64,000 bases of DNA from Phoronis australis. Its lineage: Eukaryota; Animalia; Phoronida. The position numbers and the translations under genes were made by a program. Below, one piece after another: positions 1 to 14,095 of the stretch. The number at the start of each line of letters is the position of its first letter. Positions within the stretch are counted from its first letter, which is position 1. Below the pieces are notes generated by a model. It was not told where the DNA came from. It searched no databases and saw only the letters and a program-made list of their open reading frames with translations. The stretch lies in NCBI GenBank assembly GCA_002633005.1, contig NMRA01000215.1, positions 598,852 through 662,851 on the forward strand, given 5' to 3'.

Positions 1-169
1 GTCACCCTTTTTTTTAAAGATGTTTAGCCTTTCATATTAAGGTGTCCCATTCCGGACGGTACCCTCTCTCGATGGAGCAGTTCGGGGGAAATGTCCCTTT
101 GTCCATCTATACATGTAAATCCGACACTGCCAAGTATTCACGAGGGAAGTTGAGATTCTAAATTCATCA

Positions 170-172
<3 letters not shown>

Positions 173-210
<38 letters not shown>
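173..210. repeat. (CA)n microsatellite
   Basis: Direct observation. Others occur at 7518-7554 and 47696-47732. Confidence 0.95.
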
Positions 211-214
<4 letters not shown>

Positions 215-2449
215 CATTCGTGCACAGCTCAGCCATTCCACCCAAACAACCAAAAATGTGAAAAAAATACAGTAGGATTGGTGGAATTTTGAAGAATAGT
301 ATCTCTTATAAAGATGGTGACTATGAGTTTTTTGTAAGGAATTCCCACACGTGGAAATCACTGCTGTCTAGACTACTATTTGTGATGACCGTGTACATGT
401 CAAAATGGGGTACTCAAAGAACTTTCGCAATCATAAACAAAGATTTCAGCGTCTTTTTGTCAATGGAATTTAAGTTTACCTCTTGAACCGTTATAGGTAC
501 CTCTGAAATGAGCAAAGATACAGCTAATACGAATGCCCCGTCTCCCCCGGTTACCCGTCAAAAGTCTGCAAGCATATATAAATTGCTTATAACATTCCGT
601 TTTGATAAACAAATTCGTTGGTTTCTGATTTAATTATTTATGTATCTACGAAAATCGATAGATTCATACAATTAGATGATTTTTGACAATTTGAAGCTAA
701 TCTTGTAAGCATTGATGATGTTTCAGTGAATTTAATTACAGCCTTAAGTTGGAAAAACTCTATAATCCCAAATAGTAAATTACACTTTTAGACGATTTTT
801 GCATATCTAAAACAACTCTCAAAGACATTGATGTAATTCGGACTCACCAACCGTAGATAGAAAAAAAGTTTTATAAATCCTTAAATAAATAAAATTAAAC
901 TCATTGCTTGGAAAGGTTGTCTTTGCACTTCCTTGGTTATTTAGTTTTCAGTAGTATTGAGCAATGAATTTTTGTTCATCAATTCTGAATTGATTGCTTA
1001 TCCTGATTTGCGTGCATGTGCGTCATGGCTAACGTACCCACGTTAAAAATAATATGCAACCGCGCAGTACGCCCGGCGCGGAGAATCTCAGTGATCCACG
1101 GGAACTGAATTGGAACTTCAGGCGCTCAGGAAGTGTGCACATCTTTGGGACACACTATCCCTTATCCCCAGCCACCAGAAACTGGACTACCGGTCGTGTT
1201 TCAACTAGGCATTTTGATAAAATAAAGTTTTCCCGAAACTGGATCACAATAAAACTGACGAATCTTGACCAAGCGGGCGCAGACGACTGGTACGAGCTGC
1301 CTGTCTCAAGTGAATCACAGCTGAGCTGACCAGCAACTGGCTTTAGTTCATCGGGAATTTCGTATTTTCACACTGTTACTGTACATGTAGATCTCTACAG
1401 CTACATGTATTGTTATTTGAGGCAGCTCCTCGCTACCGGTCCGTGTACTGGTCTTAGGCCAATTCTTACTCTCCGTGTTGGTTCACGGTTACTCAACTCT
1501 TGATGGCTTCATCCCCGCGGGATCGTCCCAGGGACGGATTCAGGATTTTGAGTTGGTGGGGGGGGGGGNTCGGGAGCACGGGGGCGAGGGGAGGGAGGGG
1601 GTGGCAGAGGTGGTGGCGATGGGGGGGAGGGGTTGGCGAAGTCGAAATAGTTGGTGCCCCCTAATAATTTTTGCCTTCCTACGGGCTTATTCAATAGTGT
1701 ATAATTGAGTTGTTTCTTCCTAATTCTACGTCACATTCAGACAGTGTATTTAGGAGACAGACTTTTTTACTGAAGGAAAAATGCATTTCCCGTTCACTTT
1801 ATGTTTATTCATATTGCTGTATTTCTGTGATATCTCGAAATCTTGTAGCGAAATGATCATACATGTAAATAAAATAGCGCTTCTTGTTCTGAATGCAGTA
1901 TCATGGTCATCAACATGTAGTATGCAGTGTATCCGAAAACAACATAGCACAGATTATTTTTCTTTGGTTTTATTTAGTCACGTCCAGATTGCGACGAAAG
2001 GTTATTTATTGGTATCTACAGAGCTGATATGGTTTGAAGAAATTATTCTAATCGATATGTTCAATAATAATTAATGCTAACGTTTAATCTTGGGATGGGA
2101 ACCACTCTTTGTCCTGAATTTCGATCAGCTGGTGTGCGTATGAAGATTATGCAGTTTGTGTTGCAATAAAAACTACAATTTTATATCCTTTCCTTATAAA
2201 TGTATTTAGTTATGAATAACATTAAAGTGAAGTATTGTGTACCAGTATTTACATTAACACAGGAGGCAGTTTATTGTTAACACATTGTTTCATGCTTCCA
2301 GCGGGGGTGTGTTCACAGCTGAAACTAACAGTGAGATTTTCTTGTCTGTCAGCACGTTGTTTGACCAACTTACACCTAGATTGTCTGAATGAATATTTAG
2401 GACAAACAGGTGAAATGCTATAAAATGCCAAAACAAAAACATAACAGGC

Positions 2450-2968
2450 CTAAAGAGGCATGGAACGCCAAAGCTCGTCAAAATATCTTTTAAACAATCC
2501 ATGACGAAAGTACCATCTCGCAACGCCTAGTACAGAGTAATTCACTCTCTCCTATGAGGGAATTTCTAGAAAAAATCACAATATTCACGATTTTTGAAAT
2601 ACGCGCGTTATTATCCCTCCCACTTATAATAAATGGGAGCGTGAGCTCAGAGTCAGTTGCTTCAAGTCGCTTGTGGTCAAAGGTCACGTTTTCCATACAA
2701 GTGAAGTGTGCTACATCTATGTCTTACCATACCAAATAAAGGCGTGCATTGCCTTGTGGGAGAAAAATCGACAAAGTGGCGAGCAGTTGACATATCGGTT
2801 TTTTGAAAGTTGAAACTGAAAGAAAATGCTTTTATGTCAACACAAATTAATTTTTTACGAACACACCCTAAAAATACCCGGCGAGCAGGTTTGATTCTGT
2901 TTCATTGGCAGAGAAACATTTTGAATATTTGCAATTTAGTCCGTTTATCGCGTTCCAGGTATCTTTAA
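2450..2968. mobile_element. TTAA-flanked MITE (Kolobok-type ends)
   Basis: CTAAAGAGGCATGGAACGC...GCGTTCCAGGTATCTTTAA. The same left end recurs at about 42202. Confidence 0.55.
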
Positions 2969-2999
2969 GAACAATTCTGTTGATTTTTTGGAAAAACCA

Positions 3000-3250
3000 G
3001 ATGCCCGTTCAAGAAGAACTAACTTAACAGACAAATCTTTAAATTTTTTTTGTAAGATTAAACTTAAGTTTGTCTTAAGTCCATTCCCAGAAAGTGATAT
3101 TAAGTTTGACTTGAGTTTTTGACTTAAGTTTTGTATTTAGTTTGACTAAATTACCGGATGTGGAATGGAAATTTCAGAATTTGGAGGCCGAGATAGATCT
3201 TAGACTTAAGTCAATATTGAACTTATGTCAGTTTCTTGGAGCGGGCCCCA
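3000..3250. mobile_element. Harbinger-type palindromic MITE rich in CTTAAG
   Basis: GCCCGTTCAAGAA...TTCTTGGAGCGGGCCC ends with many CTTAAG repeats. A similar relic lies at about 59920-60225. Confidence 0.45.
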
Positions 3251-3429
3251 GGATGTCGAGTCTCAAAATATGTCTTTGTCCTCCAAAGCATTATACCGAC
3301 AATCGCTCAAATCGTCACTTTTATGTATTTGTATTTACGACAACGAAGCAGTGCATGCCTTTCGAAAATAGTTACATGGATATAACCAGTTTTAGGGATA
3401 AAAACGCGTTATTATTGGTATTAATGTTG

Positions 3430-3580
3430 GATGGAACAGACTTTTTGAAGTTATTAGCTTTGACCAGAGTTATTAAACAACAAAATCCGGTGTGTTTTTG
3501 TGATTTTATTACCAATTGCTAATTCTCGCCGCTGTCTGTCAGAAATTCACTAATACTCGAGCCGGTGACTTGATTAGTTA
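3430..3580 (+). repeat. Dispersed repeat, second copy inverted at about 33490-33645
   Basis: TTGAAGTTA.TAGCTTTGACCAGAG...TTTTGTGATTTTAT...TGTCAGA.ATTC...GCCGGTGACTTGA is shared by both. Confidence 0.65.
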
Positions 3581-6106
3581 AATATACACTTAAAATACGC
3601 GCTTACTTATTGCCTGGAGTTTAATTCTAGTTCCTCAAGTAATTCGCCGGACTGCGACCGCTGAGGTATCGAGTTTGACTCCGTATTTGGGCTAATCCTA
3701 AAACATATTTCTCGTCGAGTGTGTCACTTTAAAACGGGTAAACGCATAGGTGGCACATGTACAACAATGAGGATGATGCATCATTTGTGACAGAGTTCTT
3801 TCTGCCCCGCCCGTCACAAGGGTTGGTCCAACAATATATCTCGACCGCTATCACGTAGTTCTTAGCAAGGTTGACGACACGGCATCCGCCCGACTCTTGT
3901 CGCCGGTTCCTGTAACAGGACTCGCTTGGGTGTTCTTGAGGTTATCTCCAGCGATACACACCGCGTGTCATAGGAACTAGGTCGGTCTTTTCTGGTAAGC
4001 GACAATAATAATAGGGACAGATCTGCACCACAATGACTAAGCGTCGTTGTAGCAATGGCCAATGTCATATGTTTCAAATCCATTTCTTAAATACACTCCG
4101 CGTCATTCTGTTAAAAAGAAAACTAATAAAACGAGCGACAACGCAGAACAACTGAGTAAAAACTTATTGGCAAATGATAAGCACGGCAGTGCCTTTTCTA
4201 ACATAAAGAGATTTCAATGCAAATATTGTCAATTTAATTTTTTTATTTCTGGTGGTGCACCGACAAAATGGCCGCAGAACTGAATATCACCTGATTGAAA
4301 AAGAAACTTATTGGTAATAAAAAACTTACATGCATGATAATAATTACAAAATTTTAAAATTTAAGCGACATCTTTTGATCGATTTTTTCAAACTTATTCT
4401 GGGTTTTGAACTGATGAACACACAGAAAAGAGTATCACTCCCATTATGAATTAAATGTTGATTAGTTTGAATTAAACTTAATGATGAGAACGCTTGAATT
4501 TCTGTCATTTGAACTCTAAACGTAGAGTATATAATTTGACATCTCCACAAAAACCCATCAGTAAAAAAGAAACAAACCATTTGACTATTTTTGAAGGCAG
4601 CGGGACATGGAATAAACCAGATATCATCCGCATAAAGAAATTGTACGCAAAATTAACAGGTTTATATAATTTAAGACATACGCCCGAGACATAACTTCTG
4701 TCCGCTGCCAGGGGTCAGCGTTTCAACCCAAAAGTTCCAACCAGTTGCGTAATAGCATAAATTGGCATAACCGGATTAGAAAAATCAAATTATATACATC
4801 ACGACTTGTCTTCCACAGCAATGAATCATTTGGTGTAAATCCTTGTCATTTGGTTTGAAGTTAATGTTACACATTGAATCAAGATGCTTATGAAATTGGA
4901 AATATATTTTAATAACGGGGAAGCGTATTTTATTGTACTTATGTCACCCTTTTTAAAAGTTATAGTTTTGCGCTCGACTTATGACTGAGGCACATTGGGT
5001 CAAGTTAAACCGTCATGGGCTGACTTGAGTACCGTGGATGACTGAAGAGGGTACTTCGTCAATAACTTGAGAAACATTCATAACTAGCACTATTAAGACT
5101 ATAACAGCCACTTTATCGCAACCTACTTGTGAATTATATTAGTACTGTAGTTTCTATGCGGTAATAATATACTGTTTACCATAACACAGAACGCTGAGAA
5201 ATATTATTACGACTCGCGTTTTTCATAACTTTCCAACATCGCATAATTATAAATAGTTCTTGTCAATGTTTATTATTGATTAAAATCTAAGCGATAGATG
5301 ACTAATACATGCAGTGTGAACTACGAAAGAGAATGTCGAATATTCTATGTGGCCATTTTTCATGTAAATTAGGAGCAGTTCGCTGAAGAAACAAACTTAT
5401 CTTGAAACCGTTAGCTTTAGTAAAACCTAAAAGTTTGGCAGTTTTCTAGCAGAAAAAAATTATCTTAACTTCCATGAGACTGGTCTAATATTGTTTGACG
5501 GTTTAAACACGTCAGTCCTTGGTAAAATAAACGCATTTAGCGTCTTGCGTTGACTCCCAGAACTGGCCGTCGGCTATTTATAAGAAACAGTGTTAAACGC
5601 ATAGTTTTAATCTAAACATTACCCAATGTGTGCACCCAAGCAATTAGTTAAGCCAGTACCACCAGCACTGTTCGCGGAGAAGCGTTCACTGGACGCCGGC
5701 GTTAATCGAACGAGACTAATTGCAGTAAATTTACGGAACGCCAACTGATTTTTAATGGCGAATACTGGGGTTCTCGGACGTCTGTATCCAACAGCTAACC
5801 CCGCTAATTTTCTGAGCAACTGTTTAATGTTACATCATTTTGTTTTGGGTAGAAATTATCAGTTACTATGTTGGACTTAAATCTAAGACAAGATGGCCAT
5901 CCTGCTGCGAAATATGGTTACTTTGTTTATGAGAGCACTTAGATATACATTATGCCATTTTAAGTGATGTCAAATATATTTAAGCTTTATGAGTAAACTG
6001 TATATGGATCCTGTACCGAGTTCGTTGTCCGTGGACGTCTTTTTAAAATAAAATATGATTAACTCTGTTCTTTTTTAGCGGGAATCATGAACACGTATTC
6101 TCAAAA

Positions 6107-6342
6107 CATGCTCGCGCCCAGCTTAAAATATAGGGGGCTCGAATTTGTGACAATGTAGACCTTTTACTAACAAAAAAGCGGAGGACTAAAAAACGGGATA
6201 CCACGTTCAGAGCTATGAATCGTGCATAAGTGGACTTTGTCTCGTTTTCTCGGACTTTTCATTTCTCTGGGGCGGACCTTTTTGCTCACTTCGCCAAATG
6301 GGGGGGGGGGTCGGCTCGNCCCCCCCCCTGGGTGCGCACATG
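6107..6342. mobile_element. GC-rich MITE, CATGCGCGCACCCAG-type TIR
   Basis: CATGCTCGCGCCCAG...CTGGGTGCGCACATG with 5-bp direct repeat CAAAA on both sides. Shares CACTTCGCCAAATGGGGG with the copies at 22066 and 34117. Confidence 0.7.
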
Positions 6343-6811
6343 CAAAACAATAAACTGTTGGCACCGTCATGTTGTTAAAAATAAAAAATTAACTCAACTT
6401 TTCAACACAATAATTTCAATTGCAAGCGCAGAGTGTATAAAATGTTTTTTGCCATTTTGTTTAAAAAGGAAAGTACTACATGCGAATTTCCTACTTTTAA
6501 TTTTTGTTGTTTTAAGTTGTGTTCATTAACAAGTTGTCTGTAATATCATTAATTTACCCCAACTATAACGAGCAGCCATTTTACTGTCGCTTAATTTTTT
6601 CTGTAACCGATTTTGGAAAATTTGGCATGGTATGAAAACGACAAGTCGTTTCATTCTGATCTTCATGTACAAATATTATGGGCAATCGTCGGACAAACCT
6701 TATCGTTGAGGGACAACGTACAATTAAGTTAGTTAGGTAGTTACATGGTCACCTCCTTACGTTTTGTCTTGAATATGGTATGACAACAGATGAATTAGTC
6801 GGATGACAGGT

Positions 6812-7000
6812 CAGTGACAGTGGCAGAGACAGAGGCTGTGGCGCAGTGGCAGTGGCGGNNNNNNNNNNNNNNNNNNNNNNNNNNNNNNNNCAGGGGCAGT
6901 GACAGTGGCAGTGGCAGTGGCGGTGGCGGTGGCGGTGACAGTGGCAGTGGCAGCAGTAGCAGTATTAGTAGTTATTGTTGTTCTTGTTGCTCTGCTGGTG
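6812..7000. repeat. (GCAGTG)n-like simple repeat with N gap
   Basis: GGCAGT/GACAGT hexamers, with Ns at 6859-6890. Confidence 0.85.
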
Positions 7001-9029
7001 CAACTGTTACTGTTGAAGAACACCATTTTTAAAATTGTACGAACCGCGAACTGACTACACCCACCATTTTGGGTTGATATGAATTAATATCAGGCTGATG
7101 TTAAAGATTATCAGCCCAATGTCAGTCTGAGTGAGCATAATTCATGAAATACCTGTTTAAATCATTATTCCCACAGCTCAGTGATACGAACATATTAGCC
7201 CGATAGTTTATTGACCTTTTAATAAACATTATATCAAGGTTTGATATGACGTATTTTCAACCACTTATTCCACATCATATCAGTCATAGGAATTCATAGG
7301 AACAGTTGGAATAAATTCATATAAAACACTTTTGATAATGTCTTTGGTCACCTCTCAATCCGTAATATTGTAAATAACCACCCAAATTCCTTTTTAGTTA
7401 CGTTTCCGAAAAACTATGGTCAGATCAATCGACAGTGTATGCTTTGTGTTTTATCGTATGGGTAAACAATTGATGTGAGCGTCACTTGATAAATACGAAC
7501 AGAATAAACTTCTCCCTCACACACGCACNCACACACACACACACACACACACACAGGTGGTTCGTTACAAACGGTTTTGTCTATTTTGTAAATTTAGATA
7601 AAAATGTTGTTCTTGCAGTGTGTGTATACCGGACAACTCTTCCCCTTGTGAAACTAAATAAAATAAACGCCCCACGAAATAATACAATATCGATTAGAAA
7701 AATCAAAACTAGTTTGTGACCGTAAATACGCTTTCCAAGTTTCTGCTTTATTACGTCTCAGAAGATCAACAATAACCAAGGAATTAGATTACAATATGTG
7801 TCAAGTAGCGTTTCCTGTGAAAACTTTAATGACAATTTTAGAGATTTGAGTAAGTAAGGTTTTAAAAAATTCAAAATGCTCTCTTTAAGTACAAATCGTG
7901 TTGCTGGCAACTGCGAAAACCAGAGGACGAGATTAGAGCTCACAAAAATAGAAAAAAGAACTCCTAACAGCAGATACCCATTTACGAAAGTATTCGCTAG
8001 ATTTATGGTTTCAATCATTTTGAAGGACGCTGTTTAAAAATCTGCGAAAACCGTCAACTCGGTGAATGAAAAACGTTTTGATTTACGCTTAGAAGTCGTA
8101 AATAAAAACTCGCGTGTCAGGATAAGTTTACATTAGATGTTTGAAATTTCCGCAGAAATAATTCCATTCACAGTATTTTACAACAGCCGAATGAGTCAAT
8201 AATCCGATCTTGAATTTCATCTGCATGATACATGTAACTGTAGCGTATTTAGCATTAATCAAACATACTGCGTACAATGTGAGAAAGTTACTGAAATTGA
8301 AACGTCTGATTGTAAATTAGTTGGGGAAATTTATTAAGCCCAAATTCCAATCTCGCATTTTAATCCAATCTTCACAGCAAATACATATAGGCAGGTAGCC
8401 GGGGTGGAGTATTTTTAGTTGTCCATATTTGCAAAAGGAAAAAGTCACGTGATACCAACTGAAATAGCTCGGGGTCTTTGATTTTTACCCGACCTCAAGT
8501 GAAATGGACCCAGTTATTGTTTTTGATCTTGGAAGCTGTTTTCATCAGGTCAATCTTCAAATGTTGTGCTGTGTCCGCAAACCAAGTCTGATCTTCCTAA
8601 ATTTGCGACCATTGCCTACACCTCTAACGATAATTGATGCAACCACAACCTGACTTTGATAACACGTGCTCCGTAAAGTTTGTATACAGTCATATTTTTT
8701 AACGCAAATGGTTTATTTTGTATTCTCGGGTTTGTTTTACCAGCGACCCAGTCGATAATTGGTTTTTAAGAATGTTTGTTATTTTACTCCACACGACCGC
8801 GTATTGCCTGAGTATGACTGGTGTAGCAAAAAGAAACCTCCTGGGTATAGATTGTACATCGCTGCGGAGTCATTGTACCTGGATCCGCCCCTACAGCAAT
8901 TTTGATGAACACCGAAACGTAATGCAACCATAAAAATGATGACCATGAAAACTGTACAGACGACGAAGACAACTATGAAAATGACACTTTGAAGCTAAAT
9001 TATGACGGTAGTTCTCTAAATCGTAATTG

Positions 9030-9410
9030 GTGATGATCATGTTAGAGGAGTGATGAGGGTGGTGATGAATAGAAATTTGACAGTTGGTGATGATGATGGT
9101 GATAGGCGCACATAGGGTTACGACCACCACGACGGTGATGATGACGGTGATGATGAAGACGGTAATGATGAGGAAAGTGGTGGTGGTGATGATGATGATG
9201 GTGATGATGATTATGATGACGATGTTGATGGTAATGGGATGGTGACAATGGTGAAGAAGATGGAAGAGGTAATGACAGAAGTGGTGATGACAGAGTTGCT
9301 GAGGATTGCGGTGGTTACGGTGAGGGTAAAGGTGTGGATGAAGACAATGACGAAAACTATGACGGTGACGACGGTGACGATGATGCTGTTGACGATGATA
9401 TTGGTAATGC
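9030..9410. repeat. Degenerate (GAT/GGT/GAC)n trinucleotide tract
   Basis: Explains the His-, Val- and Asp-rich ORFs at 8891-9556. Confidence 0.9.
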
Positions 9411-9989
9411 TGACGTTCATAGAAAGATACACTGCAGCCATTCTGTCCAGTTATCCAAACCAAATTCTCATGATCCATGTTTGTTACAAAAACTGTTGGG
9501 GCGTTCTCTGCAGGATACGTAGCCAGAGACCCTGACACACTGATGTGAAATATCACAGCACTTTCTGCCGCAGACAGTGGTTTTCATGACGTCTGAATCA
9601 ACTGTGTAAAGTTTTGGAAAAAGTCCATCGCAAAATATTTGTAAAAACCTGTGGGAATTGTGTTACGCTACGTCTCTGGATTGTGTTATGTTTTGGGTTG
9701 GGGTAAAACGGATATTTATTTGCTTGGACGTTAGAGAGAATCACTTCCGCTTTTAAGGTAGTTGTTATGAGGCTCCGAAAAGCAAACGATTGGTATACCT
9801 CTCGGTTTTACTCGCGAGGGCGTTAAACTTCAGAAAAGAAACGACATACTAACCATGTTACCTCCGACAACATTTGTCAACACCCTATAGGAATTCGCTT
9901 CTTATGTGTCATATCCGTCCGCAAGGTTAGATAGTGTCATAACCAACAGTCGCTGGTGGCGGCGTTGTGTCGATAGCCCCCGTGAGGCT

Positions 9990-10045
9990 CGCCGCGCATG
10001 TTTTGATTGGCTTTCATCAAACTATGTAGATTGTATATACACAGG
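9990..10045 (+). promoter_or_regulatory. Candidate NK4 core promoter
   Basis: GCGCATG, a reverse CCAAT box (GATTGG 10005-10010) and TATATA (10034-10039) lie about 130-180 bp upstream of the ATG. Motif match only. Confidence 0.3.
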
Positions 10046-10168
10046 ACCGACGCAAAATGTTAATTGCTACCCAACTGACATCCTTTGCTATCCCAACGGC
10101 CTGTAGTAAGCCCAGTGTAGCAGACGATCTCAATATTTGACGAGGCAGACAACAGGATAATTCTCTGT

Positions 10169-10706
10169 ATGGGACTCACAAGCGAACCTAACGGTACGGA
10201 CAGCGGATTGGACCACCTAAGTAACATGACAATGTATTCAACATGCCAAAACATATCGACGCCATTTGCTGTCAAAGACATTCTCAGTATTGCCAACGAC
10301 CCTACAGCTCACTACGCAACCAGTACTTATAGCGGAATGGACTATTCGCAGTACATGACTTCGGCTTGCGGGTACGGGTACGATCCAGGTACTATGGGGT
10401 ACCACACGGGCCCCGACATTGGTTATGCAAGCGGACTTCCAGGACTGCAAAACATGTCTCCCGGTGCGGAGTGTGCGTTAACAAACTTGTCACCGCTCAC
10501 AAGTGTTCCTAGCGCGAACTGCGACTACGCCAGATACAATAGCGCGGATATTCAAGGGCCCCCTCCGCTTTACTCCAGTCATGCACAATCCATCTGCGGA
10601 GATCCTGTTACTGCTCAGGCAGAGTCAACTACAGAAGATGCGACAGAATTAGACGCTGACAATCAAGCTAGCTGCAGCGGCAACGAAGACAGTTCAGGAA
10701 AAACCG
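10169..10706 (+). CDS. NK4: NK4/tinman/Nkx2-5-class homeobox gene, exon 1
   Basis: ORF MGLTSEPNG... contains STPFAVKDILS (TN/eh1 motif) followed by a Tyr/Gly/Ser-rich region. It ends at donor G|GTGAGT (10706/10707), phase 1, in frame with exon 2. The true start could be a later Met. Confidence 0.9.
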
Positions 10707-12531
10707 GTGAGTTTAGAACAGTGCGTGTCTTGCCAAGTGGACGGTAATTACGCTGAGATTACATATTACGGCAGGACTTCTTAAAATCCTCTTATGTGCT
10801 CAACACGATCTTAACTCATCGGCCTCTTCAAATAGCCAGATTTGCCACTTCAATCTATCGATGGTACTTTATTCTGTTACACGGATTGTAATTACCCACG
10901 GGTCCTTCATTATTTTCAAGTGTTGTTTGACATTAATACATAACTCTCAATTGACAGACATTGTAGACTCCCGGCGGCGCGGCAGAAAGAGAACGCGGGA
11001 AACGCGTTTAGAAATATAATAATTCCCACATTTGCTAGATTTTGCAATTATTAAGGAATTTGACGTGTAACTGTGTTATTCAACATCAAAACATTTCATT
11101 ATTAATTTATTTTTGTCATGCGATTAATTAGTTGCTTCCTATCACTAATTTTGATAAAATCATTCCTTAATTCAGCTGTTTAGTTTGATTCGTTTTGTTG
11201 TTCACGGATTGCTCGCGCGGACGTGCACGTCCCAAAAGTTGGCGTAGGCTACCAACTGAATGCGGGCTAAACGCCATTGTGTCTACAGAGTTTTAAACCA
11301 TTTCCTATAATTGCCGAGAAATTCAGACGTCATGATTTTATATTATTTCCAACGTACCACTAGCAACCGTTACATAATTAATCGAAAATATCACCACTGT
11401 TATGGTCGCATCGTGGTTGCCCAATTAACAGTGTAAAATTACTTCGCGTTTCAGTGTCAGCTGCTACCGAAACTACACGTAGGTGCAATCTTGACAAACA
11501 TTTTGAGCCTGTAGAACTCCCGAAAATGTCCAATTTTAGTTAACTTCGGAAAATCTCAGAAATGGGTGATGGGATTCAAATGAAACCTTCGGATGCTATG
11601 GTTTCTGCAGTGTTCGCCCAAATGCGTTTAATAATTGCTTCTAAATTTATTCGCTTTTGCAGGAGGGGTTGTCAAAATTAAGTATTTTATGATTTTTGAC
11701 AAAGTGAAGTTACATAAATTAGAAACGAAATAACAAATTAGAAGACTGTAAGATATGTTTGCGATTTCATCTTGAACATTTAAATCAAGCGAATTTCGGT
11801 CATTTTATGGACACCGTTGTTTTGCTATGATTTAACTTTTCTGTTTGTGAAGCTGTGCACGAGATTGGACACAAACCTAATACTATAGGATTTTTGCTTT
11901 CAGAAAATACACTTTTCTTGAGTTAAACTTGATAGGTTTGATAATTGGCGTAATGCACAAGCTTATCGATAAGGTGTTAAATATCCTTGAGGTGAACAGA
12001 GTTGTAGCTTGAAACTCTGCACAAAAACTAAGAGACACAAAAGATGCATGGCCAACGGTTTTCCATCGCTGAGGTCTCGATAAACCTAATCTGACATCAA
12101 CACGTCACGGCATGCGTGTGTGATTCCACCCCATCGACCGTCTACTTGGTTACGGTGTGGATTCTGACTAGATTCCCCACGAATTGGTGTTTTCAAGTGC
12201 TAAAAGGACAAGTCATTTTTGTGACAATCATTTAGGGGGTGGCATCTTGAGAATATTGCAGGATTATAAAAACAAATTTGGCAAGCTATAAACATTTTCT
12301 TTTTTCCTCTGGTAAAACTGCAATTTTAACCCGTTTAAGAGGCTAAACTTTATTCATCCACCGATCATTTTGAATTCTAGCAGACTTGGAAGGCTTTAGA
12401 AGTAAACTGCAGATGTGATCACTTCAAATTCTTCTAATTTAAATTACTTTCTCATCACGCTGCTGGTGTACGTACAGGTACATTATGGAAAGCACGACAT
12501 TTTGAACATTATCAACATTTTCATTAATTAT

Positions 12532-12756
12532 CAGTGGCGGACCTAGGAGACCATAACGGGGGACGCCCAATATGTTGCCTCGGGGAATTGGGCAAACCGC
12601 TTTTTGCCCGAAAGTCGCGGGGCTCGACATGTGGACCCTCCGTTCAGGAAACCTATCGGCTATCGGTGGACTAAAGAAAAACGGGATCGCGATTGCTCTG
12701 GGATCTGAGCCCCCCCCTCATCCCCTACCCCCCTGGGCCCCCCAAATCCGCCTATG
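12532..12756. mobile_element. CAGTGGCGGA-type MITE with 5-bp TSD
   Basis: CAGTGGCGGACCT...AATCCGCCTATG flanked by ATTAT/ATTAT. Confidence 0.65.
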
Positions 12757-13709
12757 ATTATACAACATTACAACATTACCACTTGGTAACTATAAATTGT
12801 ACCACCAAATGATATCGGACAATGGATTTTTTAAGCTTTAGCTTCCCAGAAAATAAAATAATAAAGAACCCGGCCAAGGATAAAACATAGCTATTGTAAT
12901 TTGTTAAGACTAATACAGAAATATGGGGATTAAGACAAACATACTATTTTCGGTTTTACTGTTAATGAAACTGTCATGAGCATACAAATGACTATAGAAA
13001 ACTATTAATTACTAGTTCGGCAATTTTTGGTATAGAATAAAGTAGTGAAATATAAACAGAGTTCGCGGATTAACATCACAGAAAATGAGATCAGCACTTT
13101 ATTGACACAGAAATGTCTGACGTGTGAAATGAAGTTTGAATCTTACAAAATGTGCATTACCTGGCCAAATCTGTGGTCTGCCTTAGTGCGTTTTGTGCGA
13201 TTGTATGCGACAGCTCTCCTTTCTTCGACTTTCTGATGCGCGAAAATATCTTCACTTCCATTGTCAACCTTTGTATTCTAGTAATACGAACAACAGTAAT
13301 ACACAAAAGTACCAACGCATTGTACATGTATATCAAAACAAATTGTTATTTTATTCCGAACACCAAGTTACTGTACAACGCGACGTAATATCTGCTGTGT
13401 GATTTTTTCTGTTAAGCCGAATGTACTACTGCTGCCCATCGGGACTAGGAAGTTAGAATATGTTGTGAGAACAGGTCAGTTTTGATTTTTTACTGATGAA
13501 ACTTCTCAGCAACATGCAACTTGTGACTTCATCGCAATACACTTGCATGTACTGTATCGCTAGACTGGAACTCCCTTTTCATTGTATTACTCATAAATAA
13601 GCTAATTACACGAGCCTATTAGTCCATTAGAGAACCGTAACAACACTCGTTTAGAAAAAAGATACGCGCAATTAACACGCAAAGAATCAGTTGCATACGA
13701 CCTTAAGTC

Positions 13710-14095
13710 AAAGCGGTCACAAACCCGCCTTACGTCACAAAACCAACTTGTGATTTAGATCACTTACCGTTAAGAAATTGGTTACAAATTTGTCCTTGGT
13801 TAATTAGGAGGTGATTTCAGATCCTCGAAAGAGCTGGCAGGCTGTTATTGCTTGAGACCAATCTCTACAAGTTGACTTGTCACGGCGTGTCATTGTCTAG
13901 ATCACTCTCTACAAGTTGACTTGTCACGGCGTGTCATTGTCTAGATCACGATCTCAAGGAATAACGACCAGCCAGTTCTTTGCAAACTTAGTAATTACTG
14001 CTCAACTGAGACACTAACAAGTTGAGACTAATTTCATTGAGGGTAAGTGGTTAAATCAAAAGTTCGCTTGTGCGACTGAACGCTGGTTTACAACA
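13710..14095. mobile_element. Decayed palindromic MITE with a central exact 44-bp tandem duplication
   Basis: The arms pair (TGATTTAGATCACTTACC / GGTAAGTGGTTAAATCA; GTTATTGCTTGAGA / TCTCAAGGAATAAC). 13862-13905 is identical to 13906-13949. Confidence 0.6.

Noticed and set aside
3630-3740. Possible second tRNA-SINE
   Set aside because: Only a degenerate B-box-like GAGTTTGACTCC is visible; no clear A box.
8891-9556. 221-aa His/Ile-rich ORF and overlapping Asp- and Val-rich ORFs
   Set aside because: By-products of a degenerate trinucleotide tract that is open in several frames; no domain or splice support.
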